IMG/VR virus record: IMGVR_UViG_3300021400_001615
Span: 96,884 to 160,883 of that record
Origin: a virus
Taxonomy: Duplodnaviria > Caudoviricetes
Strand: one strand, 5' to 3'
DNA: 64,000 nucleotides
Positions 51,402-61,978 of this stretch are shown here, piece by piece. The notes under the pieces are model-generated. The model was not told where the DNA came from. It saw nothing but the letters and a program-made list of their open reading frames with translations, and did not search any database. The position numbers were made by a program, and so were the translations under genes. Position 1 is the first letter of the stretch. Each line of letters starts with the position of its first letter.

Positions 51402-53021
51402 ATGGCTGTAGCTATAAATAGCCTGTCAAAGAAAGCTTGGGACAGATTCATTAAGGAAGGCATGACTAAGGCGGGGGCTGCTTCGATGCTTGGCAATATC
51501 GCCGCAGAAAGCGGAATGAAAACGGCTATCTGTGAGTATCTCTGCTTACAACGCTTAATGGAAAACGGCAAAGAATATACTCAAGAATCTTATACGAAAG
51601 CTGTTGATAGTGGAAAGATCAGTAGAGCAGAATTTTTAAACCCATTACCTGGTCGTCAGTATGGTTATGGTTTGTGTTAGTGGACTACCCCCTCTCCAAG
51701 GAAATCAGAATTGTATGATCGTACAGTTGGTAAGGGGTTATCTATTAGCGACGAGGATGCCCAGATTGAATACTTGGTTTATGAACTTAAAACAAGATAT
51801 CCGTCTGTATGGAAAGTTCTCACCACTACTAATTCGATCCAAGAGGGATCTGATAAAGTATTAAAAGATTTTGAATCTCCTAGTAATTGGAGACAGCATA
51901 GTTCATTACGTGCTTAGTATAGCCAGAAGTATTATGATGCTTATGCTTCAAACACTACAACTCCCGCAAAATCAACTACATCTACTACTTCTACTACCGC
52001 TGCCATCAATGCGTTAATCGCAGTCGCCAAAGCAGAGGTTGGTTATCTGGAAAAAAGATCCAACTCAAATCTGGATGATAAGACGACTAATGCGGGAAGC
52101 AGTAATTACACTAAGTACTGGAGAGATGTATACCCAGCCTATCAAGCACAAGCATGGTGCGCTGCGTTCGTGAGTTGGTGCATGATGAAGGCATTTGGTC
52201 TGGAAACAGCTAAAAAGCTTCTCAAACATTGGCCTTATGTGTACTGCCCAACTATGGCTAATTTATTTACGCTTAACTCTAACCCAAAGGTAGGAGATGT
52301 TGTCATCTTCTACCGCAATGGAGAGTTTGCTCACACAGGGCTTGTAATCGCCGTAAATGGCGATCAATTTACCACCATAGAGGGAAATACCTCTGGTGGC
52401 TCAACAATCGTTCCTAACGGCGGTGGAGTGTGTCAGAAGACGTATTATAACTCTAATCTGCCTGGAACGAAATTCTGTACTCCAGATTATTCTCTGGTGA
52501 AGAATATTCAAACTACTTCCACAACTTCTTCAAGTAATATTACATAGACAAGTTCTACAAATTCTTCCGCTGTTAATAATAAAACAGCTTCAGATAAATG
52601 GATTGGTATTGTTAATAAGAATAATGCCAAAGCAAGGAAATGGGCAGGAAAGAAATATGATCAGGTATCATTCTCTCCGCTTAAGAAAGGGACCAAGATT
52701 GAAATCCAATACTCTCTCAAATCCGAAGCCGGAAATGATTGGTATTACTTCAAACTTGGTGATAAGTTCGCATTCATTGTTGCTTCAAGTGTTGATAGAG
52801 AAAGCATTATCTATGTGTCTGGTGGGACATTCAACATCAAATCCAACGCAGAGTATCGTGCCATGGAACTGAAAAATCTCGGCTACAATACTGCCGAAGT
52901 TATTGAACGTGGTGGTCAGTACATTGTTAGAGTAAAGATTTGTAACACATTGGCTGAGGCTAATAATCTTGCCAATGAACTTGAAGGCAAAGGAATGGAG
53001 GCGGCGGTAATTAAGGTATGA
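51402..53021 (+). CDS. Endolysin: phage lysozyme-like, CHAP, SH3-like and SPOR-like domains, TAG=Gln, 539 aa
   Basis: GNIAAESG...GYGLC(TAG)WT...FESP; QAWCAAFVSWC...HTGLV...TIEGNT; C-terminal GTFNIKSNAE. Four same-frame fragments are joined by three TAGs. Confidence 0.88.
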
Positions 53022-53881
53022 AGACGTTAAGAAATATGATTATGCTAGTCATGCTCGTGTTGTCTATGGGTTGTATGTGTTAGGCATCCGAGCTTTCCAA
53101 CGGTGAAGTTATTACTAAAACCGTTAAAGATACAAAGAGTTACATGAAGTCTCATGGGTTGAAGATTTACAAAAAGTGGAATGCCCATCGTGGTTGCTCC
53201 GCTTTTGCCCCTGAGAATACCATGCCAGCGTTTCGGATAGCTGCCAAACTTGGCGCATACTAGATCGAGACGGATGTGCGCATGACTAAAGATGGTGTAC
53301 TCGTCTGTTTTCACGACTCGTCCATCGTGAGGACATTGTGGGGAACCGGAACTATTGGGACGTTAACATATGAGGATCTTCAAGCACTAGAGATCCGGCA
53401 GCCGACCCCGTTCAAGGGTTTGCTGTATTCAGCCACTAAAATTCATGTGCCGAAATTTTCGTCGTACTTAGACCTTTTTGATAGCTATAAACATCCAATT
53501 GCACGTATTGAATTAAAACGTGTGCCTAAAAGCCAGGATGTTGATGTCTACACTAAGGCTATCTACGACGAAATTGTGGCGCATGATATGCAGGACAGAT
53601 GCTTCGTATTCTCACACTACTACAAAGAACTTGAGTCTTTTGGCAAGTGGAGTAAGAAGTACGCCAAGAAGAATGGGATCATTAAGATCTGGATGTATGG
53701 TGATGACGAGGATGAGATAAAGATGTTACATAAGAAATATAACACTTCTATTTATCCTAAGAATATTCCTTACACAGGAGTGTTCTCGGATTCGCCTGTG
53801 GTTGTTAAAAACAATAAAAAGTACAATCTCCTGATTAAACCATCTGGGAGTAAGTATAAATTCTATCTTGAGCAAAGGTGA
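53018..53881 (+). CDS. Glycerophosphodiester phosphodiesterase (GDPD) with N-terminal signal peptide, TAG=Gln, 287 aa
   Basis: ATGA-coupled to the endolysin. Leader MKTLRNMIMLVMLVLSMGCMC*A. Motif AHRG...APENTMPAF...GAY*IETDVRMTKDGVLVCFHD...IELK. Confidence 0.85.
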
Positions 53882-53939
53882 CTCGGCAAAGTTTATATAC
53901 ACCTTTGTGATCAAGAACTTTCGGACTGCTAATGCAGTT

Positions 53940-53971
53940 ATGGGGATGCCATTACGGTATCCCCATTTTTT
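53940..53971 (+). terminator. Terminator ending the late/lysis operon
   Basis: ATGGGGATGCC-loop-GGTATCCCCAT-TTTTT. Confidence 0.8.
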
Positions 53972-54073
53972 ACGCTTTAAATACTCTTATCAAATTATAA
54001 ATGTATCATTTTATAAATTCATAACAATAGTTAAAATGCAGTGTATACTAGGATTTCTCCTTTCAATTTTTTG

Positions 54074-54262
54074 GTCTCACACCGGCGAAATTGCGTCTCA
54101 CAGAAAAGGCTACGGGAATTCATACACACGTAAAATGCACACAAAATGGGGTTTTGCACACGACTTTTTCTAGGTTTTATGCGGGTTTGTCGGGGCGGAC
54201 ACCTCCGATCACCCCCCATAAATACTGGGTTTGTCGTGCCATACACACAATTTATGCACACG
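54074..54262. repeat. Putative attP region with arm-type direct repeats
   Basis: CATACACAC-N5-ATGCACAC at 54121-54142 and 54240-54261, TTGCACACG at 54154, and GGGTTTGTCG at 54183 and 54227. Lies immediately 3' of the integrase. Confidence 0.5.
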
Positions 54263-54273
54263 CTCAAGATGCA

Positions 54274-55575
54274 TTAAACCAGAGGTGTGGATATCATCCT
54301 CATCTCTGCTTCTGACATGTATTTCATTTTCGTATCAAGGCTCTGGATATCGTAAGTATAATGCTCGTCATTAACCCTCGGTGTATTCCCAATAAGGTCT
54401 CCTGCTTCGGTCGCTGATGCGCCATTATATCTTAAATAGGAATTAAAAGTACGTCTGATTGCGTGTATACTTTTATGACTGTCAAACTGCAACTGGTCAC
54501 ATTTGTGGTTCATGTACGCCGTCAGATTTTTGCATCTGAGTTTGTTGTCTTTGAAGGATAAGACGAAATCTTCGACAGAACCAAATCTTCCCTGGAGATG
54601 CTGCATCTTCCGCAGGAATTCCCGAATATGATCGGTAATGGGAACATTGCGAATTTTGCCGGTCTTGGTCTTGTGCTGATAATACTTTTTGTCTATGACA
54701 TCGTATTTCTCAGATTCGCATATCCTTATGTAATTGTCATGTACATGTCGCCATCTTAGTCCAGCAATTTCGCCAACCCGCATTCCGGTAAGGATAGCAA
54801 GTTGAACGCCATATGGATAGATGTACTTCTCGTTCCTGTCAATATCCAGCTTGATTTGTGTGATGAGTCTGGCGAGATCTTCCTGCGAAAGCGTTCTTTC
54901 CTCCGGTGTTTTTTCATCGGTGTTATAGAACTTCACGAATTTCTTCTTATCTACATACAAACATGGATTTTGAGATGCTTCCATCTTGCGATCCATGACA
55001 GCGTTGTAAAATACTCCGCTGATGCATGCATATAGAGAATCAGAACTTCGCCGCTTAAGGTTGAACTTCTTAATAGAGCTAATCATGAACACTTCAATAT
55101 CACGGGATGTGATCTCGAACATGTCACGATCCTTAAATGGATTATCACCAAAGAACCTTGTCCAATCTGTCTCGTAACGGCGAATACTATTATTAGTCTT
55201 GCCATACTCCTTTTGCGCTTCCATCCATCGGTCATGCGCTTTAGAGAATGTAAAGACATCCGGCGGCTTTTGTTCGAAGCCAACCGTGTAGTATTCTACG
55301 ATCAGATCCTCAATTTCCTGTCTGGTCTTCCGGCTCCTTTGGATTAGTTTTCCAGTTTCCTCATCTAAAAATCTTGTATACCACCTTCCATTCTTTTCAT
55401 TACAGGTAGGTTTATAGGGATGATCTTTTAAGATCTTTGCTCTTCTATTCATCTCTATTTGTTCCTGTATACACTGCAAGGCAAGTATACCATCTTCGCC
55501 AAATTTATTCAATATTTCTGCTTGAAATTCTGGGGTTACCACAGCGGTGACCCCATTTTTTACGTCATTCGTCAT
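54274..55575 (-). CDS. int: Tyrosine recombinase/integrase
   Basis: TGMRVGE (R), KTKTG (K), HAIRR (HxxR) and GNT...HYTY (Y). Start codon uncertain. Confidence 0.9.
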   Translation of the reverse strand: MTNDVKNGVTAVVTPEFQAEILNKFGEDGILALQCIQEQIEMNRRAKILKDHPYKPTCNEKNGRWYTRFLDEETGKLIQRSRKTRQEIEDLIVEYYTVGFEQKPPDVFTFSKAHDRWMEAQKEYGKTNNSIRRYETDWTRFFGDNPFKDRDMFEITSRDIEVFMISSIKKFNLKRRSSDSLYACISGVFYNAVMDRKMEASQNPCLYVDKKKFVKFYNTDEKTPEERTLSQEDLARLITQIKLDIDRNEKYIYPYGVQLAILTGMRVGEIAGLRWRHVHDNYIRICESEKYDVIDKKYYQHKTKTGKIRNVPITDHIREFLRKMQHLQGRFGSVEDFVLSFKDNKLRCKNLTAYMNHKCDQLQFDSHKSIHAIRRTFNSYLRYNGASATEAGDLIGNTPRVNDEHYTYDIQSLDTKMKYMSEAEMRMISTPLV

Positions 55576-55583
55576 TTAATTAA

Positions 55584-55814
55584 TTAGCCGATCATGAACT
55601 TCAGCAGACGGGTGACATCATCCTGGTTGTATGCAATCAGTTCCATCTCAGGGATGTCGTGATCACCGCTGAAGATCTTGGCAAGTGCTACATACTGGGT
55701 CAGCTTACTCTTGAGATTAAGGCGAAAGTCATCACATACGAGTTCGACCTTCCCGGTACAGCTATCAATTACATTAAACAGTCCATCAATATCACTAATA
55801 TTATTAATTTTCAT
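55584..55814 (-). CDS. Small HPr-fold-like protein resembling a Lachnospiraceae family
   Basis: MKINNISDIDGLFNVIDSCTGKVELV...RLNLKSKLTQY, where LNLKS parallels the HPr VxAKS region. Confidence 0.55.
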   Translation of the reverse strand: MKINNISDIDGLFNVIDSCTGKVELVCDDFRLNLKSKLTQYVALAKIFSGDHDIPEMELIAYNQDDVTRLLKFMIG

Positions 55815-55902
55815 ATTTACAATCCTCTTCTTTCCTATATAATTATATTGTCACAATAAATAGCTCCCCTATGAATTGCGACAAATCTTACTCCTTTGGG
55901 TG

Positions 55903-56088
55903 TCAAACTGATGACACCCATTTTTCATCAATATCTTTATCTGGGTCTTCGAAATCAAAACCATCACCATAATATTCTTCGCTACACCATCCGCAGTCAA
56001 AACATTCATAGTACCAACGCCGACCTTGAACATTGTCTAGACATATTAGGTGCAACTTGTTTGCACAATATGGACAAACATCCATCAC
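55903..56088 (-). CDS. Small Zn-ribbon protein
   Basis: CPYC...CFDC. Coupled to dut. Confidence 0.5.
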   Translation of the reverse strand: MMDVCPYCANKLHLICLDNVQGRRWYYECFDCGWCSEEYYGDGFDFEDPDKDIDEKWVSSV

Positions 56089-56525
56089 TTTCCTCCTGTG
56101 CTACCGAATCCACCGGCACCACGGCTCGTCGTATTTAATCTATCAACTTCATTGAATTCAATTTCTAGATAAGGAATTACAACAAGCTGGGCAATTCTCT
56201 CATTTGGAGTAATAAAACGAACGTTGTCACTATCATTATGTAATGCAACAATGATCTCGCCACGATAGTCCTGATCGACCACGCCGCAACAATTCGCCGG
56301 TCTAAGTCCTTCTTTTGTGGCTAAACCACTTCTGGCAAATATTGCACCGAAATATCCATTGGGGATTTCCATGGCAATGCCAGTGCCAATTTTTGCGGTT
56401 TCGTGCGGTTTAATCTCTACAAAATCTTCACTGATGTTAGCGTACAGATCATATCCGGCAGCTTCATTGCTTCCTCTGAGCGGAATCTTTGCATCATTAT
56501 TAAGTCTAGTAAAATTAACTTTCAT
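56085..56525 (-). CDS. dut: Trimeric dUTPase
   Basis: Motifs AAGYDL, ARSGLA, GVVDQDYRGEI, ERIAQL and RGAGGFGSTG. Confidence 0.97.
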   Translation of the reverse strand: MKVNFTRLNNDAKIPLRGSNEAAGYDLYANISEDFVEIKPHETAKIGTGIAMEIPNGYFGAIFARSGLATKEGLRPANCCGVVDQDYRGEIIVALHNDSDNVRFITPNERIAQLVVIPYLEIEFNEVDRLNTTSRGAGGFGSTGGK

Positions 56526-56766
56526 AATATTCCTCCAACATTTAATTATCTAATTCTTCATTATTAATTTTCACCTTATCTTCACACGGGATACACTGTC
56601 CGTAGTAATATTGTTTATCCCTAGCGTCACAGTGTACCCTAACTCTGGCCTTATCTGTATCATCAATCATTGCGTATTGACAGTTACTGCAATCTTGTCC
56701 TGCTATTATCATTCCCATTCTTCGTCCTCATTGTCTTCATTATCATCACCATAACATCCGTATTCT

Positions 56767-56949
56767 TCATTCTCGCTCATCGTAGAACCAGTTATCCTCC
56801 ACATATGCTATAAATTGAACAATAAATACAATGAAGCTTAATGGAAGCATTGCTACCACCGCAAAACCGGAATGACCAGTAACGTCATACAAAGCCATAA
56901 ATACGCAAATGACTAGCCAGAAAAATAGCAGAAAAAATAAATACATCAT
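56767..56949 (-). CDS. Small two-TM membrane protein
   Basis: Hydrophobic 60-aa ORF with GAGGTG RBS. Confidence 0.5.
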   Translation of the reverse strand: MMYLFFLLFFWLVICVFMALYDVTGHSGFAVVAMLPLSFIVFIVQFIAYVEDNWFYDERE

Positions 56950-57025
56950 CTCATAATGTCACCTCTATAAATCCCAGGGGAATTATTACATCCCCCGGGA
57001 GTAAATAATCCGTTCACATGCTACT

Positions 57026-59566
57026 TCATTCACACTTGCTCCATCCACAGTCGGGGCATTGCTGACACTGACCGGTGAAGATGATTTCACCTCCACATTC
57101 TGGACAACGTGCTTTATTTTTAATCTTTGGAAGTTTGATTGTGGAGTTTTCGTGTTTAACCTCAACTACAATCTCTGGCGAGGTTACATACTCTTCATCT
57201 TCGTCAAACAACTCTTCCTGCATCTCTTTATACATATCAAGCAATGCATTACCGATTGCTGACGGACAGCTTGATCCTTTGGAACAATCATGTGTCCTAG
57301 CATTTCTAGCTGCATAAGAGGGGCAAACATACACGCTCTTTAACTGATCGACAATTGAATAGATATCAATGCCACCACGAGCGCAGAGAGATGTAAGTCT
57401 TGAGATACCCTGATAATTAACACTGCAACCACCCTGGCTGCCCTTATCAAGCCACATATGGATCAGATCGCCAGTGTCCGGATCAAAATCCGCTCTTACC
57501 CAGAGCGTCCCGCATCCGGTTGTCAGCTTTCTAGTTTTGCCAACGACATTTTCATCAGCTACAATAATCATTCCACGTTCAAGCTTTTCGGGAACTTCTT
57601 TGGTTTCGTTCTTATCATTAAGCGTTAAGACTCCGGCTCGTTTACAACCATCTCTAAAAATGGTTACACCTTTCAGACCAGCTTCCCACGCTTTCATGTA
57701 CAGATCTTCTACTTGTTCGACCGTAAAATCATTAGGGACGTTTACGGTAGAACTGATGCTTGCGTCAATATGTTTCTGCCAGATTGCTTGCATTTTAATT
57801 CTTTCTTTGTAATCAAGCGTTTGTGCTGTTACAAAGAATGACGGAAGGTCTTTATCATCTGAGATATTATTTTCTTCCATGTATTTCTTAACAATCGGAG
57901 TGTAAACTTTGTAGTATTCATCGTGGCCATGTAAGGACTCTGTCTTTCTGGTATAGTAATTAGCAAAGATAGGCTCAATGCCACCAGACACTCCAATCAT
58001 TGTTGACAATGTTCCGGTTGGTGCAATTGTAAGCAACTGTGAATTGGCTAATCCACATGACACATCAGTATCGCCAACATGCTCACTGAAATATGCGGAT
58101 TGCATGACCGCTTCTGGATGATACTTGGGATAATGACCGATCACTTTTGCAAGTTCAGCCGATGTTTTAATAGCTTGATAAGCCATTTTCTGTCCAATCA
58201 TATCACACAGATGAATAGACTCTTCGCTACCATAACGGATATTCATCTTAATTAGCATGTCGGCAAGACCCAAAATTCCGCAGCCAACCTGTCGCCAATC
58301 ACGAACAGATTCTCTCTGTTCTTTAAGAGGATGAAGCGGTAATCCCTCATCTAATACTTCGTTTAATGCTTTGATTGCAATGTCTACGGTGTTCGCAAAA
58401 TCATCGAAATCAAATGTCTTGTCTTTAGTTACAAATTCTGAAAGATTGATGGAGCCGAGTAAACACGACCCACCTGGCGGAAGTGGTTCTTCGGCCATTA
58501 ATGGACTATATCTTCATCTTCAGCATTACCTGTTAAGAGGTTCGCACTTCGAAGTGTAACCACATCACTCCTACTCTACTTAGTATTATTAACCTTTCGA
58601 TAGTCTCTTGACCTTCCGATATACGGCTTGGCACAGGATTCTTGGCATCCCCTGTTAGCACATCTTTTAGCTACCATTTCCTGTAGTTACTATTCGTAAG
58701 ATGTACACCCACTGGTTAGGTGGTTCACGAACGATTATTTCATAATATTTCTATTATGCCCTGCACCGAATTCGACAGGGATTCACACCGCCATATTCAA
58801 ACTCTGGATCGCAACTAAGTAAATTCCAGTTATTAATTCTGTCCCACATGAGCATTCCTGGTTCCGCATAGTCCCAATTGGATACGCAAATCTTGTGGAA
58901 TAGATCATAAGCATCAATCGTTTTTCTAATTGTTTCACCGGTTTCGACTCTGGTAAAATTCAATTCAAATGGCTCTCTATTTTTAACAGCAGCCATAAAT
59001 CTGTCAGTAATACGGATGCTGATGTTAGCTTTAGTAACACGATCCGTGTTCTGCTTAATCCCAATAAAGTCTTCAATATCTGGATGATCACATGGAATTG
59101 AGATCATCAATGCGCCCCGGCGGCCGTTCTGCCCGATCAATCCAGTTACCATTGAATACAAATCCATGAAGCTTACAGACCCAGATGTTTCCTTGGCAGC
59201 GTTATGAATTTTTGCACCCTTGGGAGCAAGCTTTCCAATGTCAATTCCACAGCCACCACCATAGCTGTATGTTCTAGCTAATTTCTTAGCACAATCAAAG
59301 ATTTCTTCGATGGAATCGTTGGGAGCGGATATGACATAGCAATTGGATAGACTTATCTTTCTACCATCCTTTTCTGTACCCCTATTGGCGAGAATTCTTC
59401 CGCCAAACAAGAACTTCTTATCTAAGATTTGTTTCTTTAATATTTCGTTTTTATTTGATACTCTATCCAACCACTCATCAAACGTTTCATTATTATACTG
59501 GTATTTTCTGTGCCATATGTCTGCACCCAACTGATTATCTTTCCCCAGCCATTCTTCAACAGTCAT
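57026..59566 (-). CDS. nrdJ: Class II (B12-dependent) ribonucleotide reductase, exons 59566..58775 and 58495..57026, 753 aa
   Basis: SNCYV, GGGCG, RRGALM, GVNPC|AEEPL...SCLLGSINL, TIAPTGTLS...SGGIEP, ISSTVN and KGVTIFRDG motifs. C-terminal Cys-rich/Zn-ribbon tail. Confidence 0.92.
58496..58774 (-). mobile_element. ORF-less group I intron (279 nt) in nrdJ
   Basis: On the minus strand: P1 CCCUGU/GCAGGG (U.G at 58775), P10 UUCGGU/GCCGAA, P3 GUUCGU/GCGAAC, R UCAAGAGACUA and S AAGAUAUAGUCC. Terminal G is at 58496. Splicing restores NPC-AEEPL. Confidence 0.9.
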
Positions 59567-59567
59567 A

Positions 59568-60008
59568 TCATGGTCTCCTTCCGTATGTTCTCACCATATC
59601 ATCTTCAATAGCATTAGCCTTTCTCACATGCTCCTTGCAAAGATCATAAACAATATTAGAAATCTCCTGAAGTACTTTGTATGTTTTATCATATGCCTTT
59701 GCCATCTTCATATGATTTTTATACTCCAGTTTTGCGGAGCATACCTGGATGCCGACATTCTCATCAAATTTGTCGTTATCATCACAGTATGCAGTTGCAC
59801 TGATCTTATTGGAATTCATACCAAATATATACTGTATTTCACTAATTTTATTAACACCATAAACACATGCTTCGATCAAGGTTTTATACATGGGTTTAAT
59901 CCCACGCTTCATATCCTTCTTAACCCATTTCAGCGGCATAGAACCTTCAACACGCTTCGCCTCCGGAATAACCTTGAAACTTTTGTTTTTAATATTTACT
60001 TTCTTCAT
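59568..60008 (-). CDS. Hypothetical phage protein
   Basis: 146-aa ORF in the operon with an ATAYCDDNDKFDENVG motif. Confidence 0.6.
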   Translation of the reverse strand: MKKVNIKNKSFKVIPEAKRVEGSMPLKWVKKDMKRGIKPMYKTLIEACVYGVNKISEIQYIFGMNSNKISATAYCDDNDKFDENVGIQVCSAKLEYKNHMKMAKAYDKTYKVLQEISNIVYDLCKEHVRKANAIEDDMVRTYGRRP

Positions 60009-60268
60009 CCGTAAAATCCCTCCGTTTTATAAGCACCAACTTCTTTAACTCTCTCATAAAAATAATCGTACTCTTCATCATTAATAGTAACAGGAGCAAG
60101 CACAACTGTCCTGCCACACATCTCCATAACTCCAAGTACGGAACAACCATCCACACAAACACGCCCACAAATGACATTTACATCAAATTTCAAACTCTCG
60201 CAAATTGCGCAAAGTTTGTTAACCTTATCCAATGTTAAATCAAGTCTGATCTCCATCGGTTTCATCAT
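60005..60268 (-). CDS. HPr-family protein (Ser46 motif, no His15)
   Basis: FDVNVICGRVCVDGCSVLGVMEM resembles HPr VDAKSILGVMSL. The protein contains no His. Confidence 0.6.
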   Translation of the reverse strand: MMKPMEIRLDLTLDKVNKLCAICESLKFDVNVICGRVCVDGCSVLGVMEMCGRTVVLAPVTINDEEYDYFYERVKEVGAYKTEGFYG

Positions 60269-60419
60269 CCTTTCTACTAATTACAAATGCGCTGCAAAAT
60301 GAACTAGGATCGAAATTAAGAGAATTCTCAATGATCATCTGGATCTTTTTCACAGCGTCTTTTTTACTATCACCGGCAATGCTAACTCTGCCGGTAAACC
60401 CAATATCATAAAACATACA

Positions 60420-61879
60420 TCATTCCACCTTTTCTAGCACATAGATGCTATTAACAGTTTCAATATGATAGCGATTATCACGATCTATCCATATAGACAG
60501 AACCTCACTGGTGTCAAGATATTCATACGGCGATTCAGTTTCAATGAAATCGCAATGAACCATGTCAAACTGTTTAATATCTTCAATCTTTTTCATTGTG
60601 ACTATTGATCCGGTGATACCTAAATATTTTGAAGCTGTCACATCTGTGCCACGAACACCTTTACGACCACTATGAGTAATACTAACAATCTTGTATTTCA
60701 TTTCTCATCCCTCGCATACTCTTTCATATACTCAAGCATCTTATCTTCTTCCGGGAAAAACCCATCAATGCCTTTTTTGGCCATTAACCATCCGAAGAAG
60801 TTCATCGTAAATTGCCCGTATCTCCAGTCAGGGAAAGTCTCCATATGAATTTTTCTGACCTCATCATAAAATTTATATAACCTCATCGGATCTCTCATTT
60901 GTTATACCTCTCACTCTCAATAACACTTGCCATTCGGCAATTGTTTACATCATCCCAAAAGATATCATTCATCTTGCACTTATATGCAAACCTACCGCCG
61001 AAAAATACATAGGCAATATCCATACCATGCGGAATAAATACATATGTCCTTTCAGTAGTCAATGCAGATCCTCCGATCCCACCAAACCCCAGGGCGGTAC
61101 TTGCCCAGGTCTGGTCGAAATCATACAGGATGCCATTATCGTAAACCGGTACATGGTAAAATTCCCGCTCCAGATATTCAGTGATATCCAACAACTGCCT
61201 AGCAATCTTAACTAATCTCATTTAATTAGTCCTTTCTTTGTAATCAATACACTGTCCGCATTTTGGACAATATTCAAAATCATAGATCAACGGTGTGAAA
61301 CAATAAGGGCATTTTTTATATTCCTCACCCCATGCTTGAGGCACCGGCTTTTTCCCAATAATCTTACTCAAATCATCAGCATCAAAATAGACACCCTCGC
61401 CATTGGGATTATATAATTCCGCATATGTGAAATTGCCGTCTGTATTAAACTCCATATATATTTGCGCCTTATCCTTAAGATTCAGACGCATAAATTTATC
61501 CTCATAGAGTTTATCCAACTGTTCTTTCGTTAATTCAATTTTCACGATTAACTCCTTATCCAATGTGAACTTCGCCCGGTTTCATGTCATAGTCAACGAG
61601 TACCCTGGCACCATTCCAAACATAGGAATTATTATTAGTCGTCTTTCTGGAATATTCCTTGCCATCAACCGTTATTTTTAGTGGCATAATATCAGCAGAA
61701 ATAGTCATGCTGGCATTAGAAATAGTAAGGTTGGAATTCGTAAATCCATCCTTCTTTAATCTATCAAAGACATCATCACTGGCGATGATGTATGGATATT
61801 CGCCATGCTGATCATGATAGGCAAGCACACATCTTTTCAATTTATCAAAATCAAGTTTATACGCATTCATAGCTTTCAC
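60420..61879 (-). other. Cluster of five small hypothetical genes (60420-60701, 60698-60898, 60895-61221, 61222-61563, 61556-61879)
   Basis: Abutting or overlapping ORFs ending TGA/TAA. One has PDWRYGQF; one has a C-terminal CPYC/CPKC. Confidence 0.6.
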
Positions 61880-61916
61880 CTCATTTCTTTACTATCAATT
61901 CCTCTCACCAGAGAAT

Positions 61917-61945
61917 ACTATATCACAAATCAATAATTAAGTCTA
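61917..61945 (-). promoter_or_regulatory. SigA-type promoter
   Basis: Minus strand TAGACT-17 nt-TATAGT with an extended TG, upstream of the gene starting at 61879. Confidence 0.55.
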
Positions 61946-61978
61946 GTGCTTTAATTATTTTTTTCTTATCCTAAAAAT

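Noticed and set aside
1-53881. Decayed prophage with mass pseudogenisation
   Set aside because: Interruptions are exclusively TAG, with no frameshifts other than clean introns, and TAG sits at conserved Gln sites. RBSs and gene coupling are intact.
1332-53914. Many minus-strand and off-frame ORFs over the late region (e.g. 11228-11893, 27129-28178)
   Set aside because: They are shadows of long + strand genes, with no recognisable motifs.
53868-54315. Short ORFs overlapping the att-like region
   Set aside because: They overlap the terminator and repeats, lack a clear RBS, and give implausible proteins.
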